This document shows positions 11,860 to 24,493 of a stretch of DNA of 64,000 nucleotides, in pieces; within the stretch, counting starts at the first letter, position 1; each line of letters begins with the position of its first letter. Under the pieces are notes generated by a model. The model had not been told where the DNA came from, ran no database searches, and saw nothing but the letters and a program-made list of their open reading frames with translations. The DNA comes from Pavona decussata (Eukaryota), in contig CDRNST010000036.1 of the NCBI GenBank assembly GCA_977016875.1, positions 2,728,001-2,792,000 of the forward strand, in the 5' to 3' direction. Both the position numbers and the translations under genes were made by a program.

Positions 11860-11940
11860 CAGCGTGGTGTAGTGGAAAAGTACATGGACAGGTAAGCTAG
11901 CAGTAAATGTAGCGCTTCAGTTCGAATCTCAGTCTACGCA
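11860..11940 (+). other. tRNA-like Pol III promoter remnant
   Basis: A box TGGTGTAGTGG (~11866) and B box GTTCGAATC (~11920); no convincing cloverleaf. Confidence 0.45.
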
Positions 11941-12989
11941 ATGAAAAAAAAGGTGGGTTCCTTAGAAGAGAAAACTGAATTAGAACTATGAGTAGAAAGA
12001 AAAGAGGAAAAGAAAAAAATGGCAAGACACAATGAGATTCTTTTTTACTGATGCAGTAAGTAGACATTAAGAATTAACATATGCATTTCGCATGGAAATA
12101 ACCTATTGTTCATGAAAACAATAGAGAGCATACATAATTAATAGCACGGCATGCATAATTAATGTATGGGACTGTGCGGAAATTATTCCCTAAACTGGAA
12201 TTTACGGGGTGCTTCAGTGGTGTTGGGTTGGGTCACATACCCAACTTTAAGGTTTGCATATTTTCGGGTGAAGTCAATTGTTTTGTTATTGCTGGACAGT
12301 ACTAGCATCATACGAACAACCTGAGCAACAGCATTCAACATCTGCTTTCCAGCTGTAAAAGTCTGGAATCACCTTGACGAAAGCATTAAACACCCCCCCC
12401 CCCCCCTTAAAATGTTTAAAAACAAGTCAAGTTACACATCTTACAGTCTTACTGTACTGTTCGTGAGTTTTCAACTGGTATTTATTTATTTATTCATTCT
12501 TCTCCTCTTCTTTTTTTTTTTTCTTAATGATTAATCAATTGCTTTGCTCAAGCTTTAGTGCCAACCTACCTTTATATATTTAAACATTATTTAGTTTTAC
12601 TCAGCTCGATTAGCTTTTCAGTTATTCTGAGTAAATATTACCTCTCTTGTGTTAACATATTATGTTGTAAATGAAGTTTAACTTTGTTGACTTTTTTATT
12701 TGGTAATAGAGCTTGTTGTTGTTGTATCTCAGAACAATTTTTTCCCCAAAGTTTGGTCAGACAGAAATGATTAAAGTCCCAAATTACTTTTGTGTTAGAG
12801 TTGAATAAAATTTTACAGATGGAATATTTATTTCAGTTTAAAATAAAATACGGTTCGATTAACTGGAATCAACTAAAACTGGTCTCGCTTAATTTTTTTC
12901 AACAAATTTCTTCATTTCTCATGACTGTTATTTTTGTTTAAAGCATAATGAATAGGTTAGAAGATCTATAACAGTATCTCACTGACATT

Positions 12990-13112
12990 GGACATAAATT
13001 CTCACTGACACCGAATCGTTAATCCATTTACCAGACTATACCTTCATTAACACAAACAGGGAATTGAAAAATGGTGGAGGTGTAGGAATGTTCATATCAT
13101 CATCCATAAATT
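12990..13112 (+). mobile_element. L2/CR1 endonuclease fragment (left half of the target of element A)
   Basis: LIHLPDYTFINTNRELKNGGGVGMFISSSINYS; continues in frame at 24241. Confidence 0.75.
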
Positions 13113-13793
13113 ATAGTGTAATATTTCCTCCCTAGGTATTATTATTCATAAGGTGTAGATAAGGTATGGGGAATTGTTCTGGCCTAGGACTAGCCCAGAC
13201 CAGACGAAGGTAAATGTGGCAAGGCAAGGTTCAACCCAACTGACTCGAAGGGAGGGAAGGGTGGGCAGCTAAACATGATTTGAGCTCGCGGCCTCAAGTT
13301 GAGTGACAGAGTGTGATGCAATGCAATCTATTATATAGCATATTTAAAAAATCCCAAGAGAGTTAATTACCAATGCAAACTGAGTTTGCATAGTGTAATA
13401 TTTCCTCCCTAGGTATTATTATTCATAAGGTGTAGATAAGGTATGGGGAATCGCTCTGGCCTTCCCCTAGCCTACCTCCATACTTTAACCCAAGGTAACA
13501 CACCAAGGGTATCAGGGCCAACACAAAGGTTTATTTAAGTCCTTGCCATTAACTACAAACTCGGCCCGCATACAAACACTACTGTTTCCCAATCCTCACT
13601 TAAGATAACCAAAAGAAAGATATTTTTTATACAAAATCTTAGTATAGATAACCTTTCCTAATATAGAGATACAAATATCAAGTTTCGCACTTACAAGCAT
13701 TATAATAGCATAGTGAATGTCTTAATTATACAACCCAGGCTAACGAAGGCCAGAACCAAATTATTCTCTAGTAGTAGAACAGCTAAACCAATA

Positions 13794-15124
13794 CTAAATC
13801 GGGAAAGCGTGGGTAAAACCCCTAAGGTTATTCATTTGCCTATAAGATTCTCCCAACTCAAGCGACAGGTCTGCAAGTCTCGCCACCACCCCTGCCTCAT
13901 TCAAGACCTGCTTAAGTTTAACGTAGTGTATAGCAGTTCTGCTCGTCTTCCATCCGATGTGGTCCATAATTTCATGGAGGTTAATGCCCTTGAGGGCCAG
14001 CGACACAGCCCCCCTACTACGAAACCCATGGATGGTGAGGTTCTGATTCGACAATCGGCCACTACACGAGGCAGTATAAAGTTTTAACCTTGCCTGAGCA
14101 GCTGAAGATTCTAGAGAACGTGGACTAACAGACCCGGTTACCGAGCGAAACAAGAAGCCTGGTGCTAGATGAATTCCTAAAGAACTGCTTATTTTAAAAT
14201 AGATCTCAAGCCCCCTTCCTGGACAGACCAGTCTATTTGAGCCTCTTTTGAAGGCAAATACATTTGAATCACCCGATCTCAAAGTTTTAAGCCAGATGCA
14301 TTTAAACAGAAACCCAGAATTGTCAGGGAAATAGAGAATATCAGACGCTCTAATTTGTAACATATCCGCTGCGCGATCCTCAGCAAAAAACAAAGCCTTA
14401 AATAGTGCCTGGTCTCTGGCATAAATAAAAATATGAATAGCAGACAATTCCAAGCTATCTAATAACAATCCTTCCAAATAACTAGAAATAACTGTCAAAT
14501 CAGCTAACAGTATTGGTCTGCCTGACGAGGGGTAACTCTCGCCTTCAGCTGTTCCTCTCTAATGTCAGCTAGATATGCCTTGACCAAACGACATGCCGCG
14601 GGGTTCCCTACTCTAAGCAATGAGTCCCACTCAGATCCTTTACCGTTCTCTGCACAAACAGCACTTAATTTCCCGATCAGGGAGTCCACCGTTCCAAACG
14701 CTAACCGCGTGGGACAAGCACAGGTGAGCCCGGAATTACCCAAGGCTGGCCAAGTCAGCCCATGGACTTTTGTCTTCCCTTTCTTATCCTTCCAGACCAG
14801 AAACGCAATGTTATCACACGGGAGAGCCAAGACCAAGCTCTTTGGAGTTGTCAAGCTTGCCAGAAAGTGAGTAAACTCCCGTTCCAATGCTGTCTTTTGT
14901 TTGGCATATCTGGAGGAGGAATGCTACTGCACAAGTTCCTGAACACGGTGATGAATTCCATCCTCGTCAAGTACCAATTTTTTCTGGGGATTTAAGTGGC
15001 TATCCACAAGCGTCCTCCGTCGATAACCACATTGTTGGCAGAATTGAAAAGTTTCATCATTCGGATAATTACACTTGGGACATGCCACCGCAGGAGCAAA
15101 TAATCTGGGATCTCTAGGAAGGGA
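13794..15124 (-). pseudogene. Element A tyrosine recombinase with N-terminal zinc ribbon (stops and frameshifts)
   Basis: CPKCNYPND..FCQQCG; DRAADML, IHGFRS, HIGWK and IHYVKL supply the R/HxxR/H-W/Y catalytic set. Confidence 0.9.
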
Positions 15125-15189
15125 CTGCATAGAGAAAGGAAGGAAAACTTCTTAGCAGAGTCTTGAAAATTAAAGACGAGATACTCTTA

Positions 15190-17444
15190 CTGCCCACAAA
15201 GTAGCTGGGTAGGGGACATGAATGTAACCTGACACTGCAGGAGAAGGTAGGGCATGTCTTTCAACCTGTTTAGCAATGCATAACCTGTCCTTGCAGTGGG
15301 CCATCAGCTCCGGCTACCAGTGAGGACGAGGAGTAAACTCTTAGACAACAATAGTGAAAGGGATCTTGAATAGAACAAAAAACTTCAATACTGGACCAAT
15401 GAGCTCAAAAGGAGGAAAAACATATGGGTTGGACATATGCCTCGCAGAACTCAGATCCTGACTAAAGAGGTTCACCCCCTGAGAACATGGACTCAGAAAA
15501 GGGGAGAAGTGCGGCAAAGGCAAACCATCTTTCCCCCTCATCGTATTTGAGTCTAGAGCCATTAGTCAAACAGAATGACCTGACTTGCCACCAAATACTT
15601 GATCCACTATCGCAAAAGTGTCATCGGAGAACTTTGAGTCAGACCGAGACAAGCGGTGCAAAGGGCCATCTGCCTTGTTCTTCTGGGATTTGACATATTG
15701 CAGATTAAGCTGAGTATTGCGGGATGATACCACAAAGAATAACTCTTTCGTAACTCTCGTTAGCTGGAGGGACGTCTTCCCCCCTGCCCCCCCAGTCAGT
15801 AATCGTCATGTGGCTGTCAACAAGCACATCCAATCTGCAATTGCCGATTTCCTGTGGGAGCGCCTTTATAGCATGGACCAATGCTAGCATTTCCTTTGAG
15901 GGAATAAATAGCTCCCTCTGTTGATTATTCCAGGAGTCTCCAAAACTCTGATCCCCAGATAAACCATGAACTATACACCCCCAACCGTGGCCAGACGCGT
16001 TTGTTGAGAGGGTGACAACAAAGTGTTTTTCTTGTTTCCAGGGGAGCGACTCACGCCAGTCGTCCAGAAACCGCCAAGGCAAGACTTCTTCTCTTTGAAA
16101 TTTGTTTAAAGACACAAAACCTTTGTCATTAGCTGATGCAACAGCTTTACTTATCTCCCTGATAAAAAGTTTTGCCGCTGGTACCGACAAAAAAAAGATA
16201 CACACTTTCCTTGGAAGCGCTGAAGTGTCTTTATGGATATTTGCGACTTAGAGAAGAGGATATGCTCCCTCAGTACTGCAAAGGAGTCAATCCTGGAACG
16301 AGGTATCAGCAAGGATTGCTTCTCAGAATCGACAATAAGGCCAAGGAACCCCAGTACTGTAGTTGGCCACAGGATAGACTTCTTTATACCAATGGTATAA
16401 CCCAGATCAATTAATACAGATAATACCACGTATAAAGCTGCCTTTTCCGCATCCAGTCGTTACTGAGCTGGTCTCTTCGCAGGAAGAAGTCACCAAGGGC
16501 CTCGGGAGTTCAACAACTCTCCATTTAATCGGTCATCAATGTAAAGGGAGCAAGGAACACCCTGCGCCCTGAGGAAACCAGTCGCAGCTAATCTGATAGT
16601 GTGATAGATGTACGGCAAGATCTTCCAGCCAAAGGGCAATGTAGAGCATACAAACCATAACCCTCCAAAACTGAAACCAAAGTATGACCGAGAATTCACA
16701 GATAAAGGACGTGGTCGTAACCAGATTTATCGTCACACTTCGTCATGAATGACAATTGATAAACGTAACAAGGGGCATCTGCAAGCTTGTCCAGTGTAAA
16801 GGGCATGTCCCTCATCCATAAGTTCAGGAATGTTGCGTCAATGCACAACCTAGGCTTGGTAGGTTCCACGGTCAAAGGCAAAACTAAACGAGGAGGATCA
16901 TCTTTCCCTACTATTCCCCAAACTTTAAATGCCCCTGTCAGAAGGCTATTAAGGATGTCCTGGGAAACAAAATCTGAAAACGGTCTACAAGAGGTGTGGT
17001 TGAAAAACCATTTTCCATGAGGTAGATCTGACGAGTATCTGCATTTCTTAAACAGCCCATGAAATAAATGGTTGAGAGAAGTCCAAGATGTTAACTTTAT
17101 TCCGTATCCAGTCTCCAATCCGTTCTTCCAGAGGATGGCCTTTTAGAATATTTTCCCTGCACCAACACTCTGATGCAGGCCGCCAACCAAATAATAATAA
17201 TAATAATAAAAATCCTTAATCGTAAATTCTGTAGATCTGGAGATACACCTGACAAAATTACATCTTTCCAATCGGTCAGTGCCGCTAGCCCCTCCTGATC
17301 AGGAACCCTGGAAATATTTACCCACTTGAACCACTGTCGCTGTTCAATTTCAAGTGCACGATTTCGAAACTCCATCCACGGGACTGAACGTAAAACATTC
17401 CCATTTTCATCAAGTGGGATTATCTTTCTGTTATGTCCCACCAT
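15190..17444 (-). pseudogene. Element A pol: RT, RNase H and DIRS-type methyltransferase-like domain
   Basis: DDKSGYDHV, LPFGW, SLYIDDRL; TNASGHGWG...KEMLAL; ALDSN...GVNLFSQD...NPYVFPPF. Confidence 0.9.
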
Positions 17445-17949
17445 CTAACGAGAGGTGAAGAAAAAATAAAGTTTAAACAGAGATCACACAACGCAAAAAA
17501 TGGAAGAGCACCAAACCAGTGACTACAAGAAAGCAAATCCCGGGGTTCGCGATCAGGCGGGAGCAACTTCAGCACGTCTGAAACAGAATGTCTGGTGGCC
17601 ACCGAGAGGTTCGGTAAACCAACAGGAGTCACTCACCTCGACCAAGAAAAGGGTAAAACGAACCTATACCCAACAGAAAAGGGCTACAAGGTGCGAGGGA
17701 AAATAGCTTAATGAAATTAAATAAAACGCGAATGACACACCGGGGATTGGCAACCAATATGATATTTATTAATAGATTTACTTGAGAATCGAGACAATCC
17801 ACCACACAAATTAGAACTAAGGTAACTGAAAGAAAAACTAAAGCAAGAAAAAACTACGCAAACGCTAGCCAAGTCATCCCATCTCCAATTGGTAGTACAA
17901 TACCTCCTATTCACAATCTAAAGCTAAATTTCACAAATTATTGTTTATC

Positions 17950-18486
17950 ATCAAAGGGGCCTTAAACATGAGGATCCATTTTAGATTGTTCCTGAAGGCC
18001 ACCCACGAACCTTCCTCTATTGGGAGGACTACCAGTCTGCCTTAAATTACAAAATCGCTGGTAATGCCCAAACTGACCACATGCATAGCATCTGACAGAA
18101 GCTCGGTTTCCAAGCCCTCGACTTCCACGAAGGGTTCCGCTGCTTTCATAGCCTTCTTAACTTTCGTTATGGAATCCAACACCTTCTCATCCTCCTTGTC
18201 ACCAAGCAATGCACGCAGGAACTGTTTAAATAAATTGAGAATCCGGGACTCTAATCTTCTCCTGCATCGCCCTTAGAACAGCATTAAAAAATGACAACTT
18301 AGGTGGGCTAGACCCCTTCGCCACAATCTTTAAGCTGATTAGATAATCGAAAGCCCTTTCTTTGGTGAAGTTCGGAGCCTGGATAAACAACTGCAACTGT
18401 TCCAGTACGGAATCTACAGTGGCTTTCTGAGCATTTTCCAAAGCTTCTTATCTGCGCTTCACCAGCTCAGCAAAATCAACACCACC
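17950..18486 (-). pseudogene. Element A gag-like exon 2
   Basis: Acceptor gctatttag|GGT at 18487, then GGVDFAELVKR*EALENAQKATVDSVLEQL...ALLGDKEDEKVL, similar to QLLGDDENKKI in element C gag. The 3' boundary is approximate. Confidence 0.65.
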
Positions 18487-19299
18487 CTAAATAGCAACAT
18501 CAAAAGATTAAAGCTGACAACGGCTTATCATTTTACAAAGAAAGCATCTCCCATCATCATTTCCTACTTTCTGTCCCCTTTTTATATCTTAGTCAACCCT
18601 ATGAAAATGCACATAAACAGTCATAAACCAAAATGTTATTGTATTACAATGACTATTATATTACAATTATTATATTGTTAATTTAATCTATCGGCGTTAG
18701 AAAATTACAATATGAGACCATCAACGTTAAAGCGTAAATAAATATAAAACATAAGGACCAAAGGACCACATATAACCCGCAATAACACTGCTAAAAATGA
18801 AAAACTGTGAAGCACGTGTGATTGCCCCCTGGGAGGGCGGGAGGGAATAACAAACTGTCGAGGGATCACACGCGGCTGAAGCGACACGATAACTAAGCAC
18901 GAGGTCAAAGAGACGCGAACATGAGAAGATGGCGCAACGCGATCTCCGTCAATAATTAACCTATTTGACAAATTAACTCCAAATTATGTCCCTAATTCAT
19001 CATGCCACATTGTTAAAGACTGAGACCAGACACGTTTGGGCTGAAAATAAAACTTTAATTAATTACAAGCACGTGTGATTGTCCCCGAAAGTATTAAAAG
19101 ATTGGCCCAAACGTGTTGTGATTGAAAAACAAACAAAAAAAGGAAAAAAAAAAAGGAGGGAAAAAAAAAGAAAATGGGATGATTGGTAATGATAAAACTC
19201 TTGCTGGTGTATAAGTTTAAGTATATGCGAATATACAAGCTAACCAATGTATATAAAGAAAGGAAAAAAAGATCTAATCTCAGCGGTCGGAAAGGGAAC

Positions 19300-20335
19300 T
19301 TAAGTGTTTATAAAAAGGCCTGCTGCCATAATGTTGGCCACCTGTGAACGAGTAGACAGGGGCAAAGATAAATAGACTTGGTAAGCATCAGACTGCCAAT
19401 CTCTGTGGAGCTTGATCAAATGTTCAGCAACACCTGCTTGATAGGCATACGTAGCTCCGCCTCATTTGTAACTGTGTGGGGAGTAATTGGCTGGATTTAA
19501 TCCCAAGCTAGCAAGGAGTCTCTTGAGAGAAGTAGTGAAGTGAGAAGCTGTGAGGGGAGTGAAACCTGGACTGCGGCCCACCGGAAGACAATAACGGCGC
19601 GACAGGAGGTGCGGGAACCAAGGTGAAGTAATGGCGAATGGCTGACACGGGGCACAGTGAAGATTTTGGAATGCTAGGAAGAGGAATGATGTGAATTCCT
19701 TCTTGAAACTCCCATGTTTTAGACCACTTGATACGTAACAGGGCACCGGAGTCAGTGAATTTAATGTCCTGTCGGGTCAAGTGCATATCGCAGTTGAACG
19801 AAGAGGCCGACGCAGCGACCAGATTGGACTTGCGTTAAAAGGAGAAGATTGCTGTGGTAAACAACGCCCACAGAGCCGCTTGTGCTGGTACGGTCAAATC
19901 CAAGTGATGATGGATGGAAACCAAGATGTTCGGTGTCATGGGATGTTTTTGGCGTGAAGAGGTACCCAGCAGTCACTTAAGCCCTTTCTTAGTGAGAGTT
20001 AAATGGAAACTGTGAAATGACTCCGTAGCGAAACCCTCATAGAGGTGAAGAAGGTGAACCGCGTTTAGATGGTTTAAGATGTAATTAAAAGAGGACGTCC
20101 TGCATGCTAAAACGGAAGCATACGTGGACAGTGTGTGAGGTGAGGCTGGCAGAGGACCCAAGGTGTATTGTTCACAGAAGTGGTAATAAGATTTCCATTG
20201 AGAACGGAGATTGCGCAAAGTTCCTGGAACATAAGCGTTTGCTTGAATCAAGGCCACAAGATCATCGAAGGCATGTGGAGGCGAGGAAAAAGAAGACATT
20301 GGCACTGATGGAGGGCAGTCCTGTAAAGGAAACAC
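19300..20335 (-). pseudogene. Element B tyrosine recombinase
   Basis: AYVPGTLRNLRSQWKSY, IKWSKT, PHSYK*GGATYAY...LHRDWQSDAYQVYL. Confidence 0.85.
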
Positions 20336-20399
20336 AGAAGCGGGAAATTAGCAGCTGATTTGAAACTCGAAGAACTGAGGTGGGCAATAGACGTGAGAT

Positions 20400-21950
20400 G
20401 TGGTAAGAGTGGACCTGAACGCGGAAATCTCTGCCTGTGCATGGGAGACAAATGCCAGCGGCTTAGATGATCTGCAATGGAGTTCTTAACGCCGGGTATG
20501 TGCGTGGAGACGATTTCGAAGTCCCAGGCCGGTGTTAGAAACCATATTTTGTGCAAACAACGTTGCATTCCTGGGGCGCGCGAGCGGCCAGAGTTAAGTG
20601 CGAGTACACTGTTCTCGTTGTTGCTTTGTAAGACCAAACGCTGACCTTGGAGGAGCGGAGCCCAGATCTTGAGAGCCACCATGATGGCCAGTAATTCCAG
20701 GGTGTTGATGTCATGGCCAAAACGGTGAAGGACTGAGCTTGGAAAAGGCGTGTGGAAATACTGGCCGTTGAAGAAGCCACCGGCTCCCGTGCTGCATGCA
20801 TCGGTAGAGAGATACATAGGATTGTTGCGCCATGGGACAGTTTGATGATAGTTACACCGTTGTAAAATGGGAGAAAATAGCACCACCATCGCAGATCAGC
20901 TTTGTTGTCGAGCGAGAGTGGACAGACAGATGATAATTTATGGACGCGTAACGTGTACAAGAGGGTAGACATGAAAACGCGGGCGGGACGAACACAAGCA
21001 GTGACGTAGGACATCACTCCAAGAAGAGACTGCAGTCCGGTTCGAGAGACGTTGTTAACAGGCAAGAGCGACGAGCAGTGATCAAAAAGCTCCTGTACAC
21101 GTTCGGGAGAAACGGAGACAGTCATGTTAGCAGTGTCGACCAAGACTCTAAGGAAAACCATAGAAGTGGCTGGAGGGGACGCTTTTTTAGGCGAGGTATC
21201 CAGGCCTAACTCTTCCAGTAGGGAACCCAAAGTCTGCAAAGCCTCCGCTGACTTATCAGGAATTTTGGCGCCACCAAAATCATTGACGTAGTTTGTGCAG
21301 TGGAAGCCTAGATCTCGGTACATGAAAGTGATGGCAGTAGTGGAGCGTTGGCACATCATGGCGGAGGAGCGAAGGGCAAAAGGGGGGGGGGGGGGGTTGT
21401 CGAAGTAAAAGGGGTCGCGGTGACGTAAACCAAAGAGATGATAATCACGTGGGTCAACACGTAATTGTCTTTAAGCTCTGCTAAGGTCCATCTTAAACAG
21501 ATGACAATGACGGCCTTTCAAATGGATTATGTCTAGAAGAGCATCTACCCCGGGTAGACGGAGCTTAAAGTCGACACCCAGATAAGTATCGGCCGGAATC
21601 CCTGATTTGACTGAGGATCTCCGAGGAAAACTGAGATCGACTACGACACCTGGTTTGCCTTTACTACTGAAGGCGATTTGAAGAGGGGAAGTCGTGAGAT
21701 TGTTCGAGAGAAGATTGGACGAGAGAGGACTGCAAGTCGCACCGAGTTCGCACTCGTGGGTGAGGTAAGAGTTGATAACACTTGGTCTGGATAATGCGGG
21801 TACAGGAGTTTCGTCGATGGCATAGCCAACGGGCCAGCCAAATTCAAGGAAATCGCAGAGGTGCATGTCGGGCTAGGCTGCTAAGTGACTCCGCAATGCG
21901 GGGATGTTGACATTCGAAGGAACGGGAAGATGCAACGTGAAGGCGTTTAG
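20400..21950 (-). pseudogene. Element B RT/RNase H
   Basis: KMDLSRA*, NYVNDFGG, STDACSTGAGG, INTLELLAI, NSIADHLSR. Confidence 0.85.
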
Positions 21951-22216
21951 ACCAGACGCGCACTGAAGCTGGGCGTGGAGAGCAATGAGATGTGGGAATA
22001 GAGAAGATTTCAATGGCAATCGCTGGACAGGAGACGAGGGGCCAACGCTAGGCGGGTTGGAAGACGGGGAGGGGTGTGGATGAAGTAAGGTCTGGCTCGA
22101 GGATTCAGCGGGAGAAGAGGCTAGTCAAACTTTGGAAGCTATGTTGCCACGGCGAAGAGGAACCGGAAACTTCCGTTTTGGAAAGATGAACGCTTGATGG
22201 TCGGAGCGCTTGCACA

Positions 22217-23137
22217 CTACACAGATGTGGGACTTAAGGCAATCTGGTTTGGCACAGGCGTCATACCAGCTCCAGGCGTCGCAGATTTGGTGGCGTGCGA
22301 TGGCGGATTGAGATTCCGTAGGGGGGTTGGTGGTTTTGAACCAGGTTTGGCAGCTTTGGGTGGAGAGTTGGCGAGAAGACAGGTGGGGAGAAAAAATGAC
22401 TGCTTAAGAGGCTCGAAGCTGTCTCCCCAGTTGACTAAACCCAACTCAATCGAGCGAAGGACTTTATAATGGTAAGACCGTACCGATGACCACTGGTAGG
22501 ACGACGCGAGTACCATGAGCTCATGGAAATGCTCGATAATCGTTTCTCTATTTGGCTTATCTGCGAGCTGCTGAATGATAACGGTGTAACCCGCACAGAA
22601 CTTGGCAAAAGAAATGTCAAGATAAAGCTTTGGCTCACCTGGTGCGTAGATGTGTGGCCATTGTTGTGGGTTTGTGATTTTCTGCGGCGCCTTCACATCA
22701 CCCAGGGACTTGTTATTTGTGGCTGTTTCAGAGGTTTGAGTTGCGCCGCCAATCCTGCTTTCGAGTTGTGCCAACTGGAGGCGCAATTCAAGTTTTCTTA
22801 TCTTGTGATCTTGATTTTCCTTAAGGAGTTGAAGGCGAGTGATTTCATCGTCGCGGCTTGGGGGCGTTCCTGCTTTAATGTGCTCTGGCAAACCCGGTGG
22901 AAAGTTGAAATTTGGAGTATCAGGCGTAGATCCAGAAGGACGCGTCTTAGGAATAGCCCTTTTCTTGTCCTTTCGTTCCTTCTTCTCCTGCTTGTCGTTA
23001 ATTTTGTCAATTTTAGGCTCAGTGGTAAAGAGCTGTGACGTTGTCGGGTCTACTGGGTCGAGCAATGGTAGATCCCAAGCGTAATCGGGACTCAAATGAC
23101 GAAAACTGCTGTGTGTAACACGAGGGCTGTTTGGCAT
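22217..23137 (-). CDS. Element B gag-like ORF1
   Basis: 306-aa ORF just after repeat A1; coiled coil, then YQWSSVRSYHYKVLRSIELGLVNWGD. Confidence 0.7.
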   Translation of the reverse strand: MPNSPRVTHSSFRHLSPDYAWDLPLLDPVDPTTSQLFTTEPKIDKINDKQEKKERKDKKRAIPKTRPSGSTPDTPNFNFPPGLPEHIKAGTPPSRDDEITRLQLLKENQDHKIRKLELRLQLAQLESRIGGATQTSETATNNKSLGDVKAPQKITNPQQWPHIYAPGEPKLYLDISFAKFCAGYTVIIQQLADKPNRETIIEHFHELMVLASSYQWSSVRSYHYKVLRSIELGLVNWGDSFEPLKQSFFLPTCLLANSPPKAAKPGSKPPTPLRNLNPPSHATKSATPGAGMTPVPNQIALSPTSV

Positions 23138-23902
23138 AATGGCTTACTGGCGAAGAGCGTCGAAACTTTGATGGGAGAAATGGGAAACGAAGCACAATAA
23201 CAAACTGTCGAGGGATCACACGCGGCTGAAGTGACGAGACTAACTAAGCACGAGGTCAAAGAGACGCGAACATGAGACGATGGCGAAACGCAATCTCCGT
23301 CAATAATTAACCTAACCAAAGGACCACATATAACCCGCAATAACACAGCTAAAAATGAGAAACTGTGAAGACCAGGATGAGTCTCACAAAAAGATGACCC
23401 CTATACAGGTATCTGCGGACGCTTTTGAGATCCTGAACGACATCAATAAGACAAAAACCGGCCCCATTAGGCAACAGCAAAGCATGAATAGTTACGGCCA
23501 CCTGAGGCAAACCCCACTGGGAGCTGAGTACAAGAGGCAATTAGAACTAAACAATGCCGCCTCAGGCAACACCACACAGGCAAATTTACCCCACAGGTAA
23601 TACTGCCACCACTTCAGGCAAAACACACAGGCAATTTAAGTAATTTCCAATGCCGCCCCAGACAATAGTGCCCATAAGCAAATTTTACCCCACAGGTAAG
23701 ACTAGCCAACTAGCAACTATCTCGCCAGACAGTCACACAAATTCTAGATACCTTACTGTTCATCCAAAAATGAACAAGCACAACTTGGGGTATCTCGCCA
23801 CTACATGCAAACTAAGGACAAACACGAGGGATTTAACTAGTCTGCGGCACAAAATGAGCTAAAGCCCCGAAAAGACTAAACAAAGGTGAGAACTTAATGT
23901 AC

Positions 23903-24078
23903 CTCATCCTGAACTTGACCAGCGACAAGTTGGCAAGCTTCCACCGCTGGGACAACTGCTGGGGCGACTGCTGGAACAACTGCTATAGCAACCGCCGGGG
24001 CAACTGCTTGAGGAGGGTTCACAACGAGTTGAACAACTTCAACCGGGACATATTTACTTCCTTTTCAGCATCAGCCAT
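23903..24078 (-). pseudogene. Element A leader exon (Pro/Ala/Val-rich; one 2-nt frameshift)
   Basis: MADAEKEVN/VPVEVVQLVVNPPQAVAPAVAIAVVPAVAPAVVPAVEACQLVAGQVQDE, then GAG|GT donor at 23902. Confidence 0.65.
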
Positions 24079-24240
24079 GAGGTCAGTTGGGTAGAACCTT
24101 GAATGTGCCTCGCTAAACTAGATTTGAGCTCGCGGCCTCAAGTTGAGTGACGGAGTGTGACACAATGCAATCTATTATATAGCACATTCAAATAATCCCA
24201 AGGGAGGAAATTACCAATGCAAACTGAGTTTGCATAGTGT

Positions 24241-24493
24241 TCGAAGTGACCTAAATCTATTTAAAGAAGGTGTTTTTAAAAGCATCTTTGTAGAGGCTAG
24301 AATTTAAGTGAAAGATAACATTATTATAGAAACAATTTGTAAACCGCCAAACAACAACTATGATAATTTTGAAACTCAATTGGAAAAAATCCTTCACAAG
24401 ATTGATTTACTAAAATATGAACAAAAAATAATACAAATAAATTTATTCACCAAATTTATAGCTCACACTTTTACCCTGTTATCATTTAAGTGA
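24241..24493 (+). mobile_element. L2/CR1 endonuclease fragment (right half of the target of element A)
   Basis: RSDLNLFKEGVFKSIFVE...NIIIETICKPPN continues 12990-13112. Confidence 0.75.

Larger units (their letters stand above)
18810..23314 (-). mobile_element. Element B: Ngaro-type YR retrotransposon nested in the first intron of element A
   Basis: A1 23196-23314 = A2 18846-18963; short B1 19067-19086 = B2 18810-18829. Has gag, RT, RNaseH and YR but no methyltransferase-like domain. Confidence 0.88.
13113..24240 (-). mobile_element. Element A: PAT/DIRS-type YR retrotransposon with split direct repeats (A1...B1-A2-B2), decayed
   Basis: A1 ~24115-24240 = A2 ~13270-13396; B1 13397-13462 = B2 13120-13185. 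Encodes gag, RT/RNaseH, a methyltransferase-like domain and YR. Confidence 0.93.

Noticed and set aside
15341-15562. Horizontally acquired phage DNA methyltransferase
   Set aside because: This domain is a standard part of DIRS/PAT pol.
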